From Leptogorgia sarmentosa (taxonomy: Eukaryota), in the NCBI GenBank assembly GCA_964658305.1, contig OZ210885.1, positions 18,166,001 to 18,230,000 on the forward strand: a DNA stretch of 64,000 nucleotides. Direction: 5' to 3'. The notes under the pieces were generated by a model that had not been told where the DNA came from, did not search any database, and worked only from the letters and a program-made list of their open reading frames with translations. Shown here one piece after another: positions 34,329-48,400 of the stretch (positions within the stretch are counted from its first letter, which is position 1; every line of letters starts with the position of its first letter). The position numbers were made by a program, and so were the translations under genes.

Positions 34329-36860
34329 ATCTAATCTAATACCCCAGATGTATATCTACGCAAAAAACAAAATATGTGTTAAATAACGCATGCTAAATCG
34401 ATAAAGCCAATATGTGGCGTTGGTCATAGAACTGTAAAAGTTCAAAGCATAAAGCCGATCAGTAATTGTCTCAACATGCAGCTTAAAGCTGACAACACAA
34501 CAAATTTGAATGTGATAAGATCAACAATTTGGGCGAAAAGCCTCTTCAAACCATAGTCTCAAAGCGAGAACTGGGAATGTGGGTGTTCTGGTGGCTTTCA
34601 GCTCCCTGTACATAGAGCTTTGCAAACGATCTCGTGGGTCCCATAGGCCATGTGCGACGTGGGTGCCTAGGGTAACTGTATAGCCGCCATATCCCGTATC
34701 GCTAGCGTCTGTGTACACGGCTGGACATGTGGCTACTGGCTCTTTGATACAGTAACCTTGAAAGCCGTCAATATTGTCGCACCAAAATCTTAATTCGTTT
34801 TGCAAGCATCTGTTTATTCTGACAGTGTCATTCCAAGATGTTCGCTGCATTATACAGAAATACATTTGCCTGGTAAAAAGCCTTGTTGCGGGACCTATCG
34901 CCAAAGAAAGCGAAATTACGAAACCCGCGACTCGTGCAATATCCCGATAGGTTGCAGACTTGGAATCAATAATTTTCGTAACTAGGGACTTTGTTTTTGT
35001 GATTTTAGAAGGGGTTATTTCAAAACGCATATCCACGGTGTTGATTAGCGTACCTAACCATTCGCCTTTTTGTCTAGGGTTCCAATCGCATTTTTGGGAG
35101 TTTTCGGTTAATCCGGCGCTTTTTAGATCTTTTTGTTGTATTTGGCTAGCAGCAATGGCGTCGCATTTGGTAGGGTGACCTGATATACCGTCGTCTAAAA
35201 ACACAATTGCCGCGTGTGACATACTGCGCCACCGGCGGACGGGGGGTCTCAGTAGCTTAGTAAAACAATAACAAGCCGTGCTGAGGCCGAATGGTAACAC
35301 ATTGAACTGAAAATAACAAAGGACACCTTTGATTGGCGATGCGAATCCTAAATATGTGCGATGTGAAGGGCATATGTCTACGTGATGATAACCTGACTTC
35401 AAGTCCCAAGTGAAGAACCAGTAGTCCTTACTAAACATCTGAGACAACGTTTTTAAGTCTTCGTATTTAAAAGTTGGTTTAACTAAAAACTTATTGACAT
35501 GCCGTAAATCCAAGACTAAGCGCAATTTCTTGCCCTTAGCTACTGTCAATGGGTTAACGCAATATGGAGGTGCGTGCAATTTCTCCACGCAGCCTGTAAG
35601 TAATAATTCTGATATAGCGGTTTCTACGAATTGGGGTTCGTCCAAGCTAAATTTGTTGTTTTTAAGAAACGCTTGAGGAGGACAACTAATGAAAGGGAGT
35701 TTGTAGCCATTTCGAATGATATCGCATATTGCGGGCGAAGCATTTAGCGTGTCAGTCCAAAAATGAATACATCGGGATAAATTTCCCCTAACCGTGATAG
35801 GCTCACTGTCGGAAACAAATTCGTACTGTTTGAACATGAAATCAAATACTTCCTCGCCTATTTCACACTCGTTACTCTCATTAGAGACTAGACTAGAACT
35901 ATTTATTTCTGTACCAAATGTACACTGCTCACTTATCTCAACAATCTCTTCTGTTCCATATAGTCATTTCTGGGCTGCGTTGGGCGATATTAAAGGCGGG
36001 ACGTTGGGTTGTCTTGGGGTTGGCGTCCATCGTTTGTAACACGTTCTTTGCAAGTGACCATAAGTCCCGCACTATAAAAGATACGCACAAATATGAAAGA
36101 GCAATCTCAAAAAATTAAACAATCCCACACTACCGGTAGTTGTAGACTAAAACCGCTATAACAGAAGAATTGCATGTAAAATGTTGACTGTTGTGACGAC
36201 AGCTAGGAGAAACTTCTGCAGCGACTTAGCTCTTATATAGGGAGTAATTTGCATAACATAGTTGAGTGCTCATGCCAAGCATTGAATTCGAACAATAGTA
36301 AAATACGCTTAGATATCAATTATCTGCTAAACTGCGTAACGCAGATAATTAGCACATCTAATCTAATACCCCAGATGTATAAGCTAATATTAAAGTAAAC
36401 GAAGAACACTCGTTGTATAAAGCCATTTTGTTTGTTTGCTGTCGCCTGTCGTTATACAATCTAGGAACATTAACAAAGCTAGTTCGGCCTATTTGTGGAT
36501 AGGATAAAGAACATGTAATAACTGGAACATGCCATGATATACTAGTACTATAATACTTATCTTGAAACATGGGCCAATTAACTGTTGTTGTGCGAAGTTG
36601 CGCGAAGGGGCAACTGGGGAAAATCGTCTGAAAGGCAGGCCAGGGCCGAATCTCTGTGTGGTGACCTTATCCTTCTTTCGCTTAGCTGCCTTCTTCTCGG
36701 CAACCTTTTCGGCCTTATGGATTCTTTTCTCGTCGTCCGAGTTATCGGCCAATTCATCGGTGATATATTTGGACACTGTCGACCATCCATGTTCACTCTT
36801 ATCGGCGAGCAGAATCAATTTGCAACGAGTACTAGCAACGGCTATTATGGTCTCGCCTAC
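34329..36860 (-). mobile_element. DIRS/Ngaro-like retrotransposon remnant (gag, RT, truncated RNase H; no recombinase seen)
   Basis: Gag LADKSEHGWSTV..Y..DELADNSDDEKRI.KAE. RT KLRLVLDLR, DLKSGYHH, LPFGL, FLDDG. RNase H YTDASDTGYGG, RELKA. 26-bp direct repeat at 34329 and 36356. Confidence 0.82.
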
Positions 36861-37461
36861 CAAGAACAGCTGCTGGGATAAGAGATGATAGTCCTGACAT
36901 GGTGAACATGCCGTCCACATCTGGGAACAGAATGAACAGTTTCCCTCTGAGTTGTAATGCAATGCAACCCACAAACCCTGCGTCACAATTGAGACCACGA
37001 CTCTTCAATGCACTAGCAAACTATGGCGTGCTGCAACAACAAGGAAGATCAGGACCTGGACCAACTAGGCAGTTATCATCTTTCATCCAGGGATGGATAA
37101 AAGACAATTTTTTAAGAATTTTTTTTCTTTTTTCTTTTATTGTCTTTTATTTTTTTAAACAAAATTAACAAATACAAATTTTTATAAATGAAGTTTCAAA
37201 ACGTAAACCCACTATACTAATATTGTAATTACTGTTGTATACTATACTGTGTATACATAATGGTTTTTTTCAAATGTCTTGTTCAAAGTATTGACCACAT
37301 TATCACAACAAAACAAAGTACTTGTATATATTACAAACGTTTCACAGCTAATAATCGTGATCTTCAACAAATTAAATGAATCCTTGATACAACTAAATGG
37401 AAATTATGTATTGTGCATACAAAACTCCTCAGAATGGTTCACAAAAATACTTTCAGTGTAA

Positions 37462-39424
37462 CTAATCTTCCTCAACAACATCCATACTGTTATCGCTTTC
37501 AACATCATCCAAAACTTCAATGCTGTTAATTTGAAGAGTGTTTGTCTTTATATAGACTAGCTTCCTCACCTTTTCAGGATCGAGCCGGTTACGTAGCTTG
37601 GAATGTACAAATCCAAAGGTTGAAAAGGTACGCTCTGAGGCAGCACTAGATGCTGCCATTGAGAAGACTCGCATAGCAAGGTTTTGCAATAGAAGCCAGT
37701 CTGTTCCATCAGCAATCCACCATTGCAAAATAGATTTTGACTTTCCAAGCATTTTAAAACGGAATGTGTTTTGTTGCCTCTCCTTCAATGACTCTACCCA
37801 AAATCTTCTATCTCATTTCTCAGGGTGCGTGACATACCATCGCCCAAATAACGAGGATCTAGTAGGTAGGCAACACCGTGGGCATCCCCATACATGAAGT
37901 CAAATCTTTCACGAACCAACTTGACCAAGTAAGCTTTCTTATCTTCACTGACATCGGTCAATTTGCGCATCATGTCTTCCAGATCAAGAAAGGCCTTGTA
38001 AACATTGGAGCAGGGCACTGCGTCGGACTGAAAGATCTTTATAAACATATCAATTGGGGTTAGTATCTTGATACATTCGTCTAACTTCTTTACAAAATCT
38101 GAATCAGTTATGATCGCTTTAACTGCAGCTCGTTTTTCTTTTTGCTTGGCTGTCTCCTTGATGGTAAAATCCCGCTCAGACACCAAGCCATTTAGTATGC
38201 TATCTGCAGCCCAAATGGATTTGAAGCAACCACTAAGTGTACCCCAACGAGTTGGGGCTGGCTGGACTACACCACTTAACTTTGCTGCATTAAGTGCCTT
38301 TTTAGCTTCGCTTTGGGGGCATGATGATTGTGAAAAAATGCAACCACATCTTTGCAGTCAATTGAGAACTGCTGCAGCTCTTCAAATGGATATCCATTTG
38401 GACATTCTGCAGGACCACCACAAGTGCACTCAGTTTTCTTTGCTGCAAAAATATCTTTCACTAACAGGTGCAGGCCATGAGACACACACCCATGGAAGAA
38501 ACATGATGGGTATTTTTCCTCCAGCTCACCCCAAACCTTTTTATTGGTAGCTGTGTTGTCAGTGACAGCACCAACAACATTGCTGCCAAGATTGTCTATT
38601 ACATGACTCAGGTCTTTGGAAATCCATTCTGCATCATGCCCCTGTTCTTCCGTGTTCACTGATTCCAAAAACAGTGAGTTGGTTGGAGATACAGCCATAT
38701 AATTTACAACTGGCTCATTTGCTATATTCGACCATGCATCACTTGTTACACAGACATACTGACCATCAGATGATAGCACTTTATCCACTTGACATTTAAC
38801 TTTTTGATAACATTCTTCAAGCAGCCCACCTTCAGAATCATCTGCTAGTTGCTTGCGCGATGGCAGTTTGGCTCCTGGTCGTGCTACTTGTATTGCTCGC
38901 AGCAGAAATGGATCTTTAATTCTTTGGAAGCTTGTTCCAGTGCAGTAGAAGTGCATTGCAATTTCATAGTTAAATCATTTTTGTTCTGAAATACTGAACA
39001 GAGGTACAGCAAATGACCTTGCTGATGGCTGGGAACTGGTACTACTAGAACTTGTGCTTGAGAATTTGCTCTTCGTAAATGAGGTTTCTTTTTGGGCTTT
39101 ATCATTCCACCATTCTGGTCGATCATTGACATTTGTATTCAGCATTACCTTCTTGAATTGCTTGCATCTTTTCAGGTGATTTCTGACAGATGCGGTTTTA
39201 TGGTGGTGCCTAACCAACTGTTTACAATGCTTACACAAAGCATGATTTGACATGGATTTGGAATGCACATTTGGCTCAGAAAATGCATAACTCCATACCG
39301 AGTGAACAGGAGCTCCTCGCTTTGCTTGGTTAATATCAATAGGTTGATGTTCATTAACTCCATTTGTCCCAGTCATTTGACTCATTTCAATTTCGTTTTC
39401 CGGCATTACAAGCTGCAATAACAA
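37462..39424 (-). pseudogene. hAT transposase (BED finger, DUF659-type core, dimerization domain), frameshifted
   Basis: VWSY..CKHC..NHLKRC; TSDAWSN; VTDNTA; GCVSHGLHL; AYLLDPRY; WW..LAMRVFS..SSAASERTFS..RNRL. Confidence 0.88.
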
Positions 39425-40182
39425 AAATTAATGTAGTTGCAAAAGTTAAAATTTATTATTTTACAAACTGGGCTATAACAGTATAACATTATAACTCGCG
39501 TTTACTCTATAGCCTATATCATAGTGGTTACTGGTTACTGGTCTGGCACTGCATACTGCATGCTAGCAATAGCATTGAATATTGCATAATTCTAAATAGT
39601 TAAGTAAATAGTAAATACACTGCCAATTGGCCATTTGTTATTTGATAATATTTGTGCATGTTCATATTTCATGTTTTTCAGCTTTATGACGTTTTACAAA
39701 AACGTTGATTTGATAATGTCATGTTTGAATGATTCATGTTTTATTAAAATTTTAAATATGTAAATTTTTACCTCATTTGCTTCAACACAATTTGCATTCG
39801 CCATCTTGAATTTTGGGACTTTTCCCCAAGCTCTCACTCGTAATAATTTCATAGTGTACGTACTTGTGTGCAAAATATATACCCGTATACCAATAATATA
39901 CATGTAAAAATAATAATAATTGCTGTTTTAAAGACAGCTGTTAGATGCCCGCGATATTTTTTGAGGAATAGAACAAATTTAAAAGAAAAACATTAAAAGA
40001 GGGTGGTAAAGGGGGGGTATGAATCACATTTCACAGAGAAGAAAACAGCCATTTCACGATTCACATGCCTTAAAAATGCGATCTCACGTTTCACGGAAAA
40101 TTGGATTGTAACAATAATGATAAAATAATAACACGTTCATTTATTTTATCGTTTGTACATCGGCAGCTATAAAGAATAATTT

Positions 40183-43100
40183 TTACATCCAGAGCATTGC
40201 TCTGCTTGATGTCTTTACCACCCGTCCACTTCTTGTTCTTCCTGATGCAAACAAAAAGTTTAATTCTCTGTTTTGTACATGATTCTCTACTTCTTCGTTT
40301 CCTCCTCCACATTCTTCTGCTGCAAATTCACTACCTGAAGAATCGTCATATTCGGATAGCTGATCAACTTCAGACTCAATAGCATTTCCGACCAAATGAT
40401 TCTCATTCACAACACCTCCCAGTTGTTCCTCATTCTCAGAATCTTTTGAATGTCCCTCATCTTCAACATCATTCAATTGTTCTTCATCTTCAACAAGAAG
40501 AAGATCTAGTCTTTCACAGCGGTGGACAGCAGTCTGATACATGTTTAGTGGGAGAGTCCCTGCCTTGTATTTTGTGGTTTCCTGCTGCACTGTGCGTTGT
40601 CTAACACATTTCCCATTGTCTCTAGCCCATAACCGCATTAGTTCTTGATCTTCTGAACGCATTTGCGGTTTGTTTTGTTGCTTCATTCTTGGAAAATCTT
40701 GCAGATGCATTTGCGTTGATGGTACTGGGTAGTACGACGTGGGGTGAGTGAAATAAAAGGCAGACCATTGGGTCATTCTTTTGGCGGCTTCGAGAGCTGT
40801 CTCACCAAAGTCTCGGGCATACTGCAACTGCATGCAAATTTTCAACTTTTACGGTGAGAAGAGCTTCTGGATTGAAGGCGAGTTCTGGATTAATCGTTTC
40901 TATGGTCTTAGTAAGACGCATCAACCCTTGATTTATCATGCCCACAGATTTGACGGTTTTACTTGCAATGGTACCTTCAGGTCCATTGATCTTTTTACTT
41001 GTTCCCAGAAGAGTTTGTACCGTCTGAACGGTATTTTGAAGGTACTCAAAGACAGCTTTGGTTTTCTGCTCTGCTTCTTGGAGAGTTCAAGTGTGTCGTC
41101 GCTTGTGCTTTTGATGGACTGAAAATGCCTCGTACAATTTCCCCAGATTTTCGGGAAACTTAACAGCAGAACTGGCATCTGTTATTAATTTAACAGCTCC
41201 AACTTGCGCATCAGTAACGAGAATATTCTTCTTGTTTTCAGTACAAATACCCATAGGTTGAGAAAATGATGCTTCAGTTCCGTCATTATTACCTTCCTCC
41301 CCCCAAGCCAGCGAGTAGCACGATTTCTTTGTTTGTCTTGATCTTAACTTGTCTGCTACCCATATCCACAAATGCAATATCTTCATGGTTGCCAATAGGG
41401 GCTATGCCTTGCACCTCTGTGCAGGAAGCAGATCCGTTGGATAACAACAAAGAATCCTCTTGAGTTTCGAGGTCGATCGCTGAAATGCCGTTGTTATGAG
41501 AAATGAAAAGTGTACCATCCAAATGGTACATGTCCAGTACACAATTGCAATTGACAGGATATTTTGATAAATCCCTTACCACTCCTGCAACTCCTACACC
41601 ATCAAGTGAGAGTTCCATAAAATAGGAACGGGAGTCAGTGTCTGAAGCCACAACTATCATATCATCACTGGCAAGGCAAATTCTGTCTACAATCACATTT
41701 CTGTCAGTATTTACTGCAGACATCAATTTTCCAGCTGTGTCGTACTCGTTTCTCAACCTTATAAGGAATTTTTGTAGTCGCTTTCTGAGCTCAACCATGG
41801 TCCCCTCATCTGATAATCGTCTACTGCGAAGAGCATCCTGGAGAGACTTCTTTGTTTTCAGAGTTGACGGTTTCAGGGAAACTTTCTGTTCAATCTCTAC
41901 CACTGTGATAGCCTTTTTCCCTCTTTCTACCACCAAGGCAATACCTTTGCTACTTAGATATACCATACTCCTGGCATCTTGTAAAACTTGATTTCACAAC
42001 ACTTACACGAACAGGGTTATGCATGTCGGCCAAGCATAACCTTGTCTCCCTCTTCAGCGGAGCGTAATCCAGGAAGAAAAATTTCCCATTTGGCCTGAGA
42101 CAAACATTGATCGGGTGAGGATACATTCCAACTTTGTTGTTATCAGTTGGTCTGTATTTGTCAGGAATTAGAGTGTGGACTACTCTTTTCTTTAGTGACG
42201 ACAATACTTTCAGTACATCTGGGCTGGACAATCTTAAAATTGGCTCCACGGCCATCCGATCTTTATTCTGGACATCTTCTTTAGTGAGACACCTTCTTAG
42301 ACTAGACCTAATAACAGGATTACTATCGTCTCGTAACGTATGTATCACTGAAAGAGACATGCGACTTCCGTTGAACAGGCAGAACCAATTAGAAAAACTG
42401 CATTTGCAACTCTTTCCTACATGCACTGCGTCAGGGAGATAAACACAAAATTCAAGCTCTGGATCGACCAAGCAATCCAGCTGGAGTTGTTCTAAAAGTT
42501 CCATAGCCTTTTTGTTTCCTTCTTCACAGTCAGATGACAGAGCAAAAATGGCGAGGTGAACACACTGAATATTATTCGACAAACAGCGACTACAGGCTCT
42601 TAAAGCTGGAGAGTAGCTAACTTGGCCAGTTTGATGGCAGTCGTCACATAGACTTTTCCCCTCCCAGCAGGTTTCACATTTCTTATTGCAGATGTTTCTG
42701 TTGCACTGAGAGATTAGCTCATTGGCGCCAGTATTTTCAACACAAGCTTGACAGCATTGCAATGATTCGATCTGTTTAGTGAACATACTCAAAATGTCCT
42801 GGCCAGTCTTCCCTGCCTTCGTCAAGTATTCCACAGCCACTTGCATACTGATGGTGTCACAGAGTGTTGTTATCATTGAAACATTAGCCTCGGTTATAAC
42901 ATCTGATTTCAGAAATGCTGCATCTGGAGAGGGGTTGTCCTTTACGAACTGGAGATCAACCTTTGTCTTCAAGCCGACATTACGCTTTAGACCTTCATCA
43001 AACATTATTCCTGGCTGTAATGCTGTGCCATCATTTTGTATCGCCGCACCAAATATTTTCACAATTGGTGCATTGATAACAGGAGCTATCTGGGCTGTTT

Positions 43101-45461
43101 CACCTGATGCAAGCTTGAGAAATCCCAGATGCATGTCTTTCAAAACACCACTAGCTGTTGTGTAACCACCTTTCATTTTCTGTCTGGTGGGCTTTGATGG
43201 TCCACCAAGGTTAGGATTTGCTTCTTCTGGCTTCTTTATACCCCCCTTTCCTGTGCCGTGAAACATAGGCCCTCTCACAAAATTTACTGTGCTTTCTCTA
43301 CCCAAATGTTCGATAGTGTTAAAAAACTCGACAACTGATACTGATGATTGGGGTCAATCAAAAAGTAAACTATATCTCGTAAGTACTTATACATTATTCT
43401 ATCTCTTGAAATCAAACCTCTCCGAATAAGATCATTTAGTTTCATGCAAACATCATCTGCCTGATCTAGTGTTATTGGATATGTAAACCAATCATGATCT
43501 AATATCTTTTCATGATCGTCATCTGTTCCCTGACAGGAATTACTGTCAGAATTAGTAATAACTTCATGATCCCAACTGGCTAGTTTATTGGCAGCAAGAA
43601 ATTGGATACTGTCAAAACTGTCATGTGAATCGTCCCGTTCAATATCTACTAATGGCATCATCTCATTGTCCAGCTGCATAGTATCAGTCAAAATATCTGG
43701 GTCAGTATTCTCAGCATCATACATCTGCTTGCTAAAATTTTCAAGGCCAGTTTCACTATGAACAAAAGATAAACATTGAGATTGATCTTTGTTGACAAGC
43801 AACAGTTTGTGAACAACAAACTGCTTAATGCTGATCTGCATGTTCCAGGACAAAACCAATTTATTAAAGAAACATAATACAAAAATATTTTAACACAAGT
43901 AACATTAAGCTCATATTAATTTTCTGTTTTGGCAAATACAATAGAGTAACTTTACTGTAAAATTATAAAATAAGAAAATCCTACAGTGTTCGTATAGTAT
44001 GTAGAGTAGAAAAGACAATCACATTTGCAAGTCTGGGTCACTTTCTTGAGCAGGACCATCCACACCTTTTGTACCTTGAACAAAAGATAACATACTCTGT
44101 GCATGGCACACTTTTCCTTTTGTTTTAAATCTTTCTTCACACAGGCATCATAATGTTCTAAATTAACAAATGATCAAAATGAAATCAACTTTTGAGCTGT
44201 TTCTTGTCGTTCCTGATTGTACTTGTATCATGTTCAAGGGACCATGGCTCAGACAGGTACTTTATAACATGTCTGACATGGTTACAAATTCAAAAAAAGG
44301 ACATGTCATAAAGACTATAACTTACTTTCTTTGAAATACTGTATTGTCTTAGTGGCACTTCTGTCTGAGACAAGTTTCTTTTTTTGAGAACAAATTCCAC
44401 ATTTAACTTCATTCTCACTTTCTAAAATACTGCCACTAAGTTGTACAATACCTAAAGTAGAACATAATATCATTAATGAGGGTCCTGTACATAGGGGTAA
44501 AATGGGAACTGGGATTTGCTTCTTTTTGGCTGGAAAAATGGGATTTCATGCACTGGGATTGGGATTCATCAGCCAAAAAACAAATAGAAAATGGAAATGG
44601 GATTAAGACTTAGAACAGGGGATTTAGTCAAAATTTGGGCAGGGAAATGGGAATAGGAACCCCCTTTCAGGACCCTCATTAAGTAATGACAATAATCATT
44701 GATCAATATGCATTAAACATATATTTAACCTTCTTTTAATTTTTTGTATTTTTCCTCATTTTTTTCTTCTTTATTTGTCTTTCTCTTCCGAGTCATTGGG
44801 GTCTTGCTGCTGTGTGGTTCCTGAGGCTCTTGAGCATCGCGAGAATCAGATAACTCATTCCCAATGACTAATTGTATGACTGGTGTATGTTCGGCAAATA
44901 TAACCACTCTTGGAACAACATCCACTGTGAATAGAAAATGGCAATAGATAGATAAACAGACTAACGCTAAAAACGCTCAGTGTGTATCATTGGGATATTG
45001 GAGACCCTCTTCTTTCTAATATCATAGTTTTAATAACACTTTGGTTAAAATTTCAAGTACAAAAATTTAGTCAATACTACACCTTGCAAGATATTATTGC
45101 GTTCCATAACTAAGGGCATTTCATTCTCCCACTGACTTTGAGTTCTTATCGAAAAACTCTCTACCAAACTAGTTGAACCAGGATGTCGAACGGTGCGTAA
45201 AAATGAACAGTCGATATTGAGTCCGAGGCCTTTCTGGCCAGCCAAAGGCCTAATGTCGCAGAATTCTAACACATCTCTCTGTAGCATTTCCAAACGAATA
45301 TGCTTCATATTTGACAAAGGAAATCTGGTTTTCTCTTTATGGATTAAAACTTTCTTTTTAGAAGCATCTGCCAAGTAAAAACTAATGATAACAGTGACAG
45401 GAAATGTCACGCTTCCTTGACTGTCTTGACTTGAAACTTGATTTGCATTTTTGGCCTCCAT
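40183..45461 (-). pseudogene. Multi-exon P-element-like DDE transposase with Cys cluster, SAP and NHL repeats (frameshifted)
   Basis: GGPSKPTRQK, IQNDGTAL, LSSDCEEGN, LPDAVHVGKS, KDRMAV, TVKVENLHAV. SAP LQDALRSRRLSDEGTMVELRKRL. NHL GNNDGTEASFSQPMGIC..ILVTD...VKLI. Confidence 0.68.
44478..44677. mobile_element. MITE with GAGGGTCCTG termini
   Basis: GAGGGTCCTG / CAGGACCCTC. Flanks ATTAAT / ATTAAG (6-bp TSD, 1 mismatch). Internal AAATGGGA repeats. Confidence 0.78.
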
Positions 45462-48400
45462 GATGATTGATATTGACGTGGGGGGTCTGGGTACGAGGTT
45501 TATTTATAGCTATTATATCGCTCGAGTTTGCGCAATTTGGGCCTCAACTCCCCAAGTCAGTCAAAACATTGAACTAAATATATAGTTATATTTAGTTCAA
45601 TGGTCAAGACTCAAGTGTGGAAAATCCTCATTATAAATTATAAATAAATGTAAAATAAATCAAAATAGACAAAATAAGCTAGAGAAAATCATAATTCACG
45701 ACAAAGACAGTTTAATTCTCGTTTCACGGAGTGTTTTTATCGACAATCACGGCTCACGGCGGCAATTCAAATCACGTTTCACGACACAAAATTTAGTCAT
45801 TTCACATTTCACGATAGCAATTATTGGGCCATTCACGGCTCACGAAAATACCCTTTACCACCCTCTTAAAAGACAATTAAAGACAAATTTTACACAAAAT
45901 TAGAGTTTTCTTTTAATGGTTTAAAACAATTAAAGACAAATTATTAAAAGACAAATTGCCATCCCTGCTTTCATCGCTAATGATGAATTAACCATTGCTT
46001 CAACAAAAAGCTTCAAAGACGATACAAGTCGATGCCACTCAATGAATGCAGTACTAGCAAATCTCATCTGGGAGTACACTGTAGCAACAGTACATTTTAG
46101 TTGTAGCTGGCTTGCTGTTGATTCTAAAATACTTCGACCTGAAAACATTTGGAATATTTAGCGTAGCAAAATGACATGTAATTGGGTGAGGGCTATTTCA
46201 GATCCGTCAGAGCACCTAGTTACCAGGACTTTTAAGATTCTGGCTGCTCGGCCACAAAATTCAAGATGGCACCGAATGAAGGAGTGGAGAATTTTACTCT
46301 TCGATACTTTCTATGCTTATTCACAATTCACACACACGATTCAACATAACGTAGTATGTATATATTTAATCAACTTATTCCTACTAATAAATATTTATTT
46401 TAAAAGACAAAGGAGGGCACTAGTTCTTTACAAGTGTGTTTACAAGTTTGCTTTTACAAAAATGCCCAAGGAAATATGGAAAAGCCACCCCAACGCCGAA
46501 GAACTGGCCAACGAATACGCTGAATGGTGCCAGAAGCTGAAGAATATTCATAGATTTGTATGAGTTTTACAAATGTGCGAGGCATGCGAGCCACGATGCG
46601 AGGCGTACGAGGCATGATGCGAGGCGTGCGAGGCATGATGCGCAAATCTCACAAGCCGCAGAAGGATGTGTTGAGGTGTTATCAAGTCTGAAACAAGGCT
46701 TGTAAACGCATCACGCACGTGGCTTCCAGCGCGCTTGTTACAACTTGTGCGATTCTTGGTGTGTAGCAATATACAAAATTTCATGTACTCGTTGGACTAA
46801 TACTAATTACTATACGCTATTATGTACTGCTACATTGTATAATTCTTTTTTACTGTTTTTAACCGTTAACAATATAAACCAAACAAAATGAAACTCTAGG
46901 TATAGTATTAGTGTTCGCTAAATTGCAACAAGAAGAACATCAGTTATTTATGTAAAAGGAATTAATAAGTACATTGCTTTCGCTCTCAAAACTTAACGTC
47001 AGTTAGTTATGCCGTAGTCATAGATCCTTCTTAATTGACATGTCGATCAATCTATGAAACACCAAGCAGTTGCTTTTGCTCGAGACTTAAATTCGAGTCA
47101 AACTGAAGACTCATCGTAGACGGATTGTATGGTTGAATAAAAGAATTACGCGGCATTGCGGAAATGCATCGTAGTTTGGGGCAAAAAAAGAATGTCCTCG
47201 TTATCCAGTGCCGCATTATCGTTCTGTAAGGTCCGTCTGTTGTGACTTGAAGATCACCATCACGTAGAACAGCTTTACACGCAGCACACTTTGCATCCAC
47301 TATCGAATTACGGTGTTCAACTCTGTAGCTTTGCTCTTTACGTGTCGGGAGTTGCGCTAGAGTCACGTTTTCTGGAAAGGACTGCAAAATAGTTTCCCAT
47401 TCAGCAGCAGAATAGCGCTTTTTATAAAGGTTCATCTTTCCCTAAATGTAGAATGTTGTGTAATAGCCATGTGGCGTGATGACATTTGTTGGTGCAAAAA
47501 GAGGACGAACAAGTGACAGATTCCTTCGAGATTTTTATGTCCTGTAAATAGCCCATAGTATCAAGTAATTTGAAGTGAAATTGTGTCATGCTGCTGTTAT
47601 ATTCCACGACATCCATTGTGATGCCCTCAACGCGTTTCTTGAAAAATTGTAAATTTCTCTTGTTGGTGTGAATCTCAGCTCTTTGATGTGAACGTTGGTG
47701 TGAACCTTTCTTCGATTTGTCTGCTCTATGAGTATCTCGAGTGTTTACGTGGTATTCGTCTTCGACGTCTTCAATATCGGACAACGACTTGTACCTTTCT
47801 GCGTTTTCATTCACAAATTGTACTGCAGATGCTGAGCGTTCCCTGTCAAAATTTAGCATTTTCCCCTCTTTTTCAGATCTGTCTGCGGCAGTTGGGCCTT
47901 TACCAACAGTCTTCAGGCCACTCTTTTGTCGTCTGACCTGTGCAGCTTCCAATACAGCGGCAGAACAGACAGTGGTAACGACGTCAAGAAGTCGCTTTCT
48001 GTAACCCAAGCAAGAGACAGAAGTGGCGTTTGCCACTTCAGCGGATGACGCGTTTGTTATGCAACTGGCTCGGCACCATTTTTGCCATCGTATTCTGCGC
48101 CTCCACCACCACTTCTTAAAGTTCGTCATTTTCGATAAGTTAGTTGATCGACTTTGTATAAGTTTTTCCAGCTTATTTTCTGCTTCTTTCGCTTCGATCG
48201 ATGTTGCTGCGTTCAGTGCATCGTTCATGATCGTTTCAAACTTTTTCTGGTCCGTTTTTGTTTTAAAGTACTTGCAGTGTCTTCGTATGTCCTGTTTTAC
48301 ATGAAATTGTCTTATTCTTAACACAAGTACCTTTTACTTTACACAGTCCTTTCCAGAGTGCACCTCCCTCGTCTCCAACATACGCTGGTGGATCTAACCC

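Larger units (their letters stand above)
39999..45865 (-). mobile_element. Unclassified DNA transposon with GAGGGT termini and 6-bp TSD
   Basis: TIR GAGGGTGGTAAAGGG / CCCTTTACCACCCTC. TSD TTAAAA (39993-39998 / 45866-45871). TTCACG subterminal repeats. Inserted in the hAT subterminal region. Confidence 0.85.
37088..45967 (-). mobile_element. hAT transposon
   Basis: CAGGGATGG / CCATCCCTG termini. Perfect 8-bp TSD CTTTCATC (37080-37087 / 45968-45975). Confidence 0.92.

Noticed and set aside
45976..46170. Coding-like remnant continuing from 36860-37087 across the hAT TSD
   Set aside because: Only a weak MRFAS motif; product cannot be supported.
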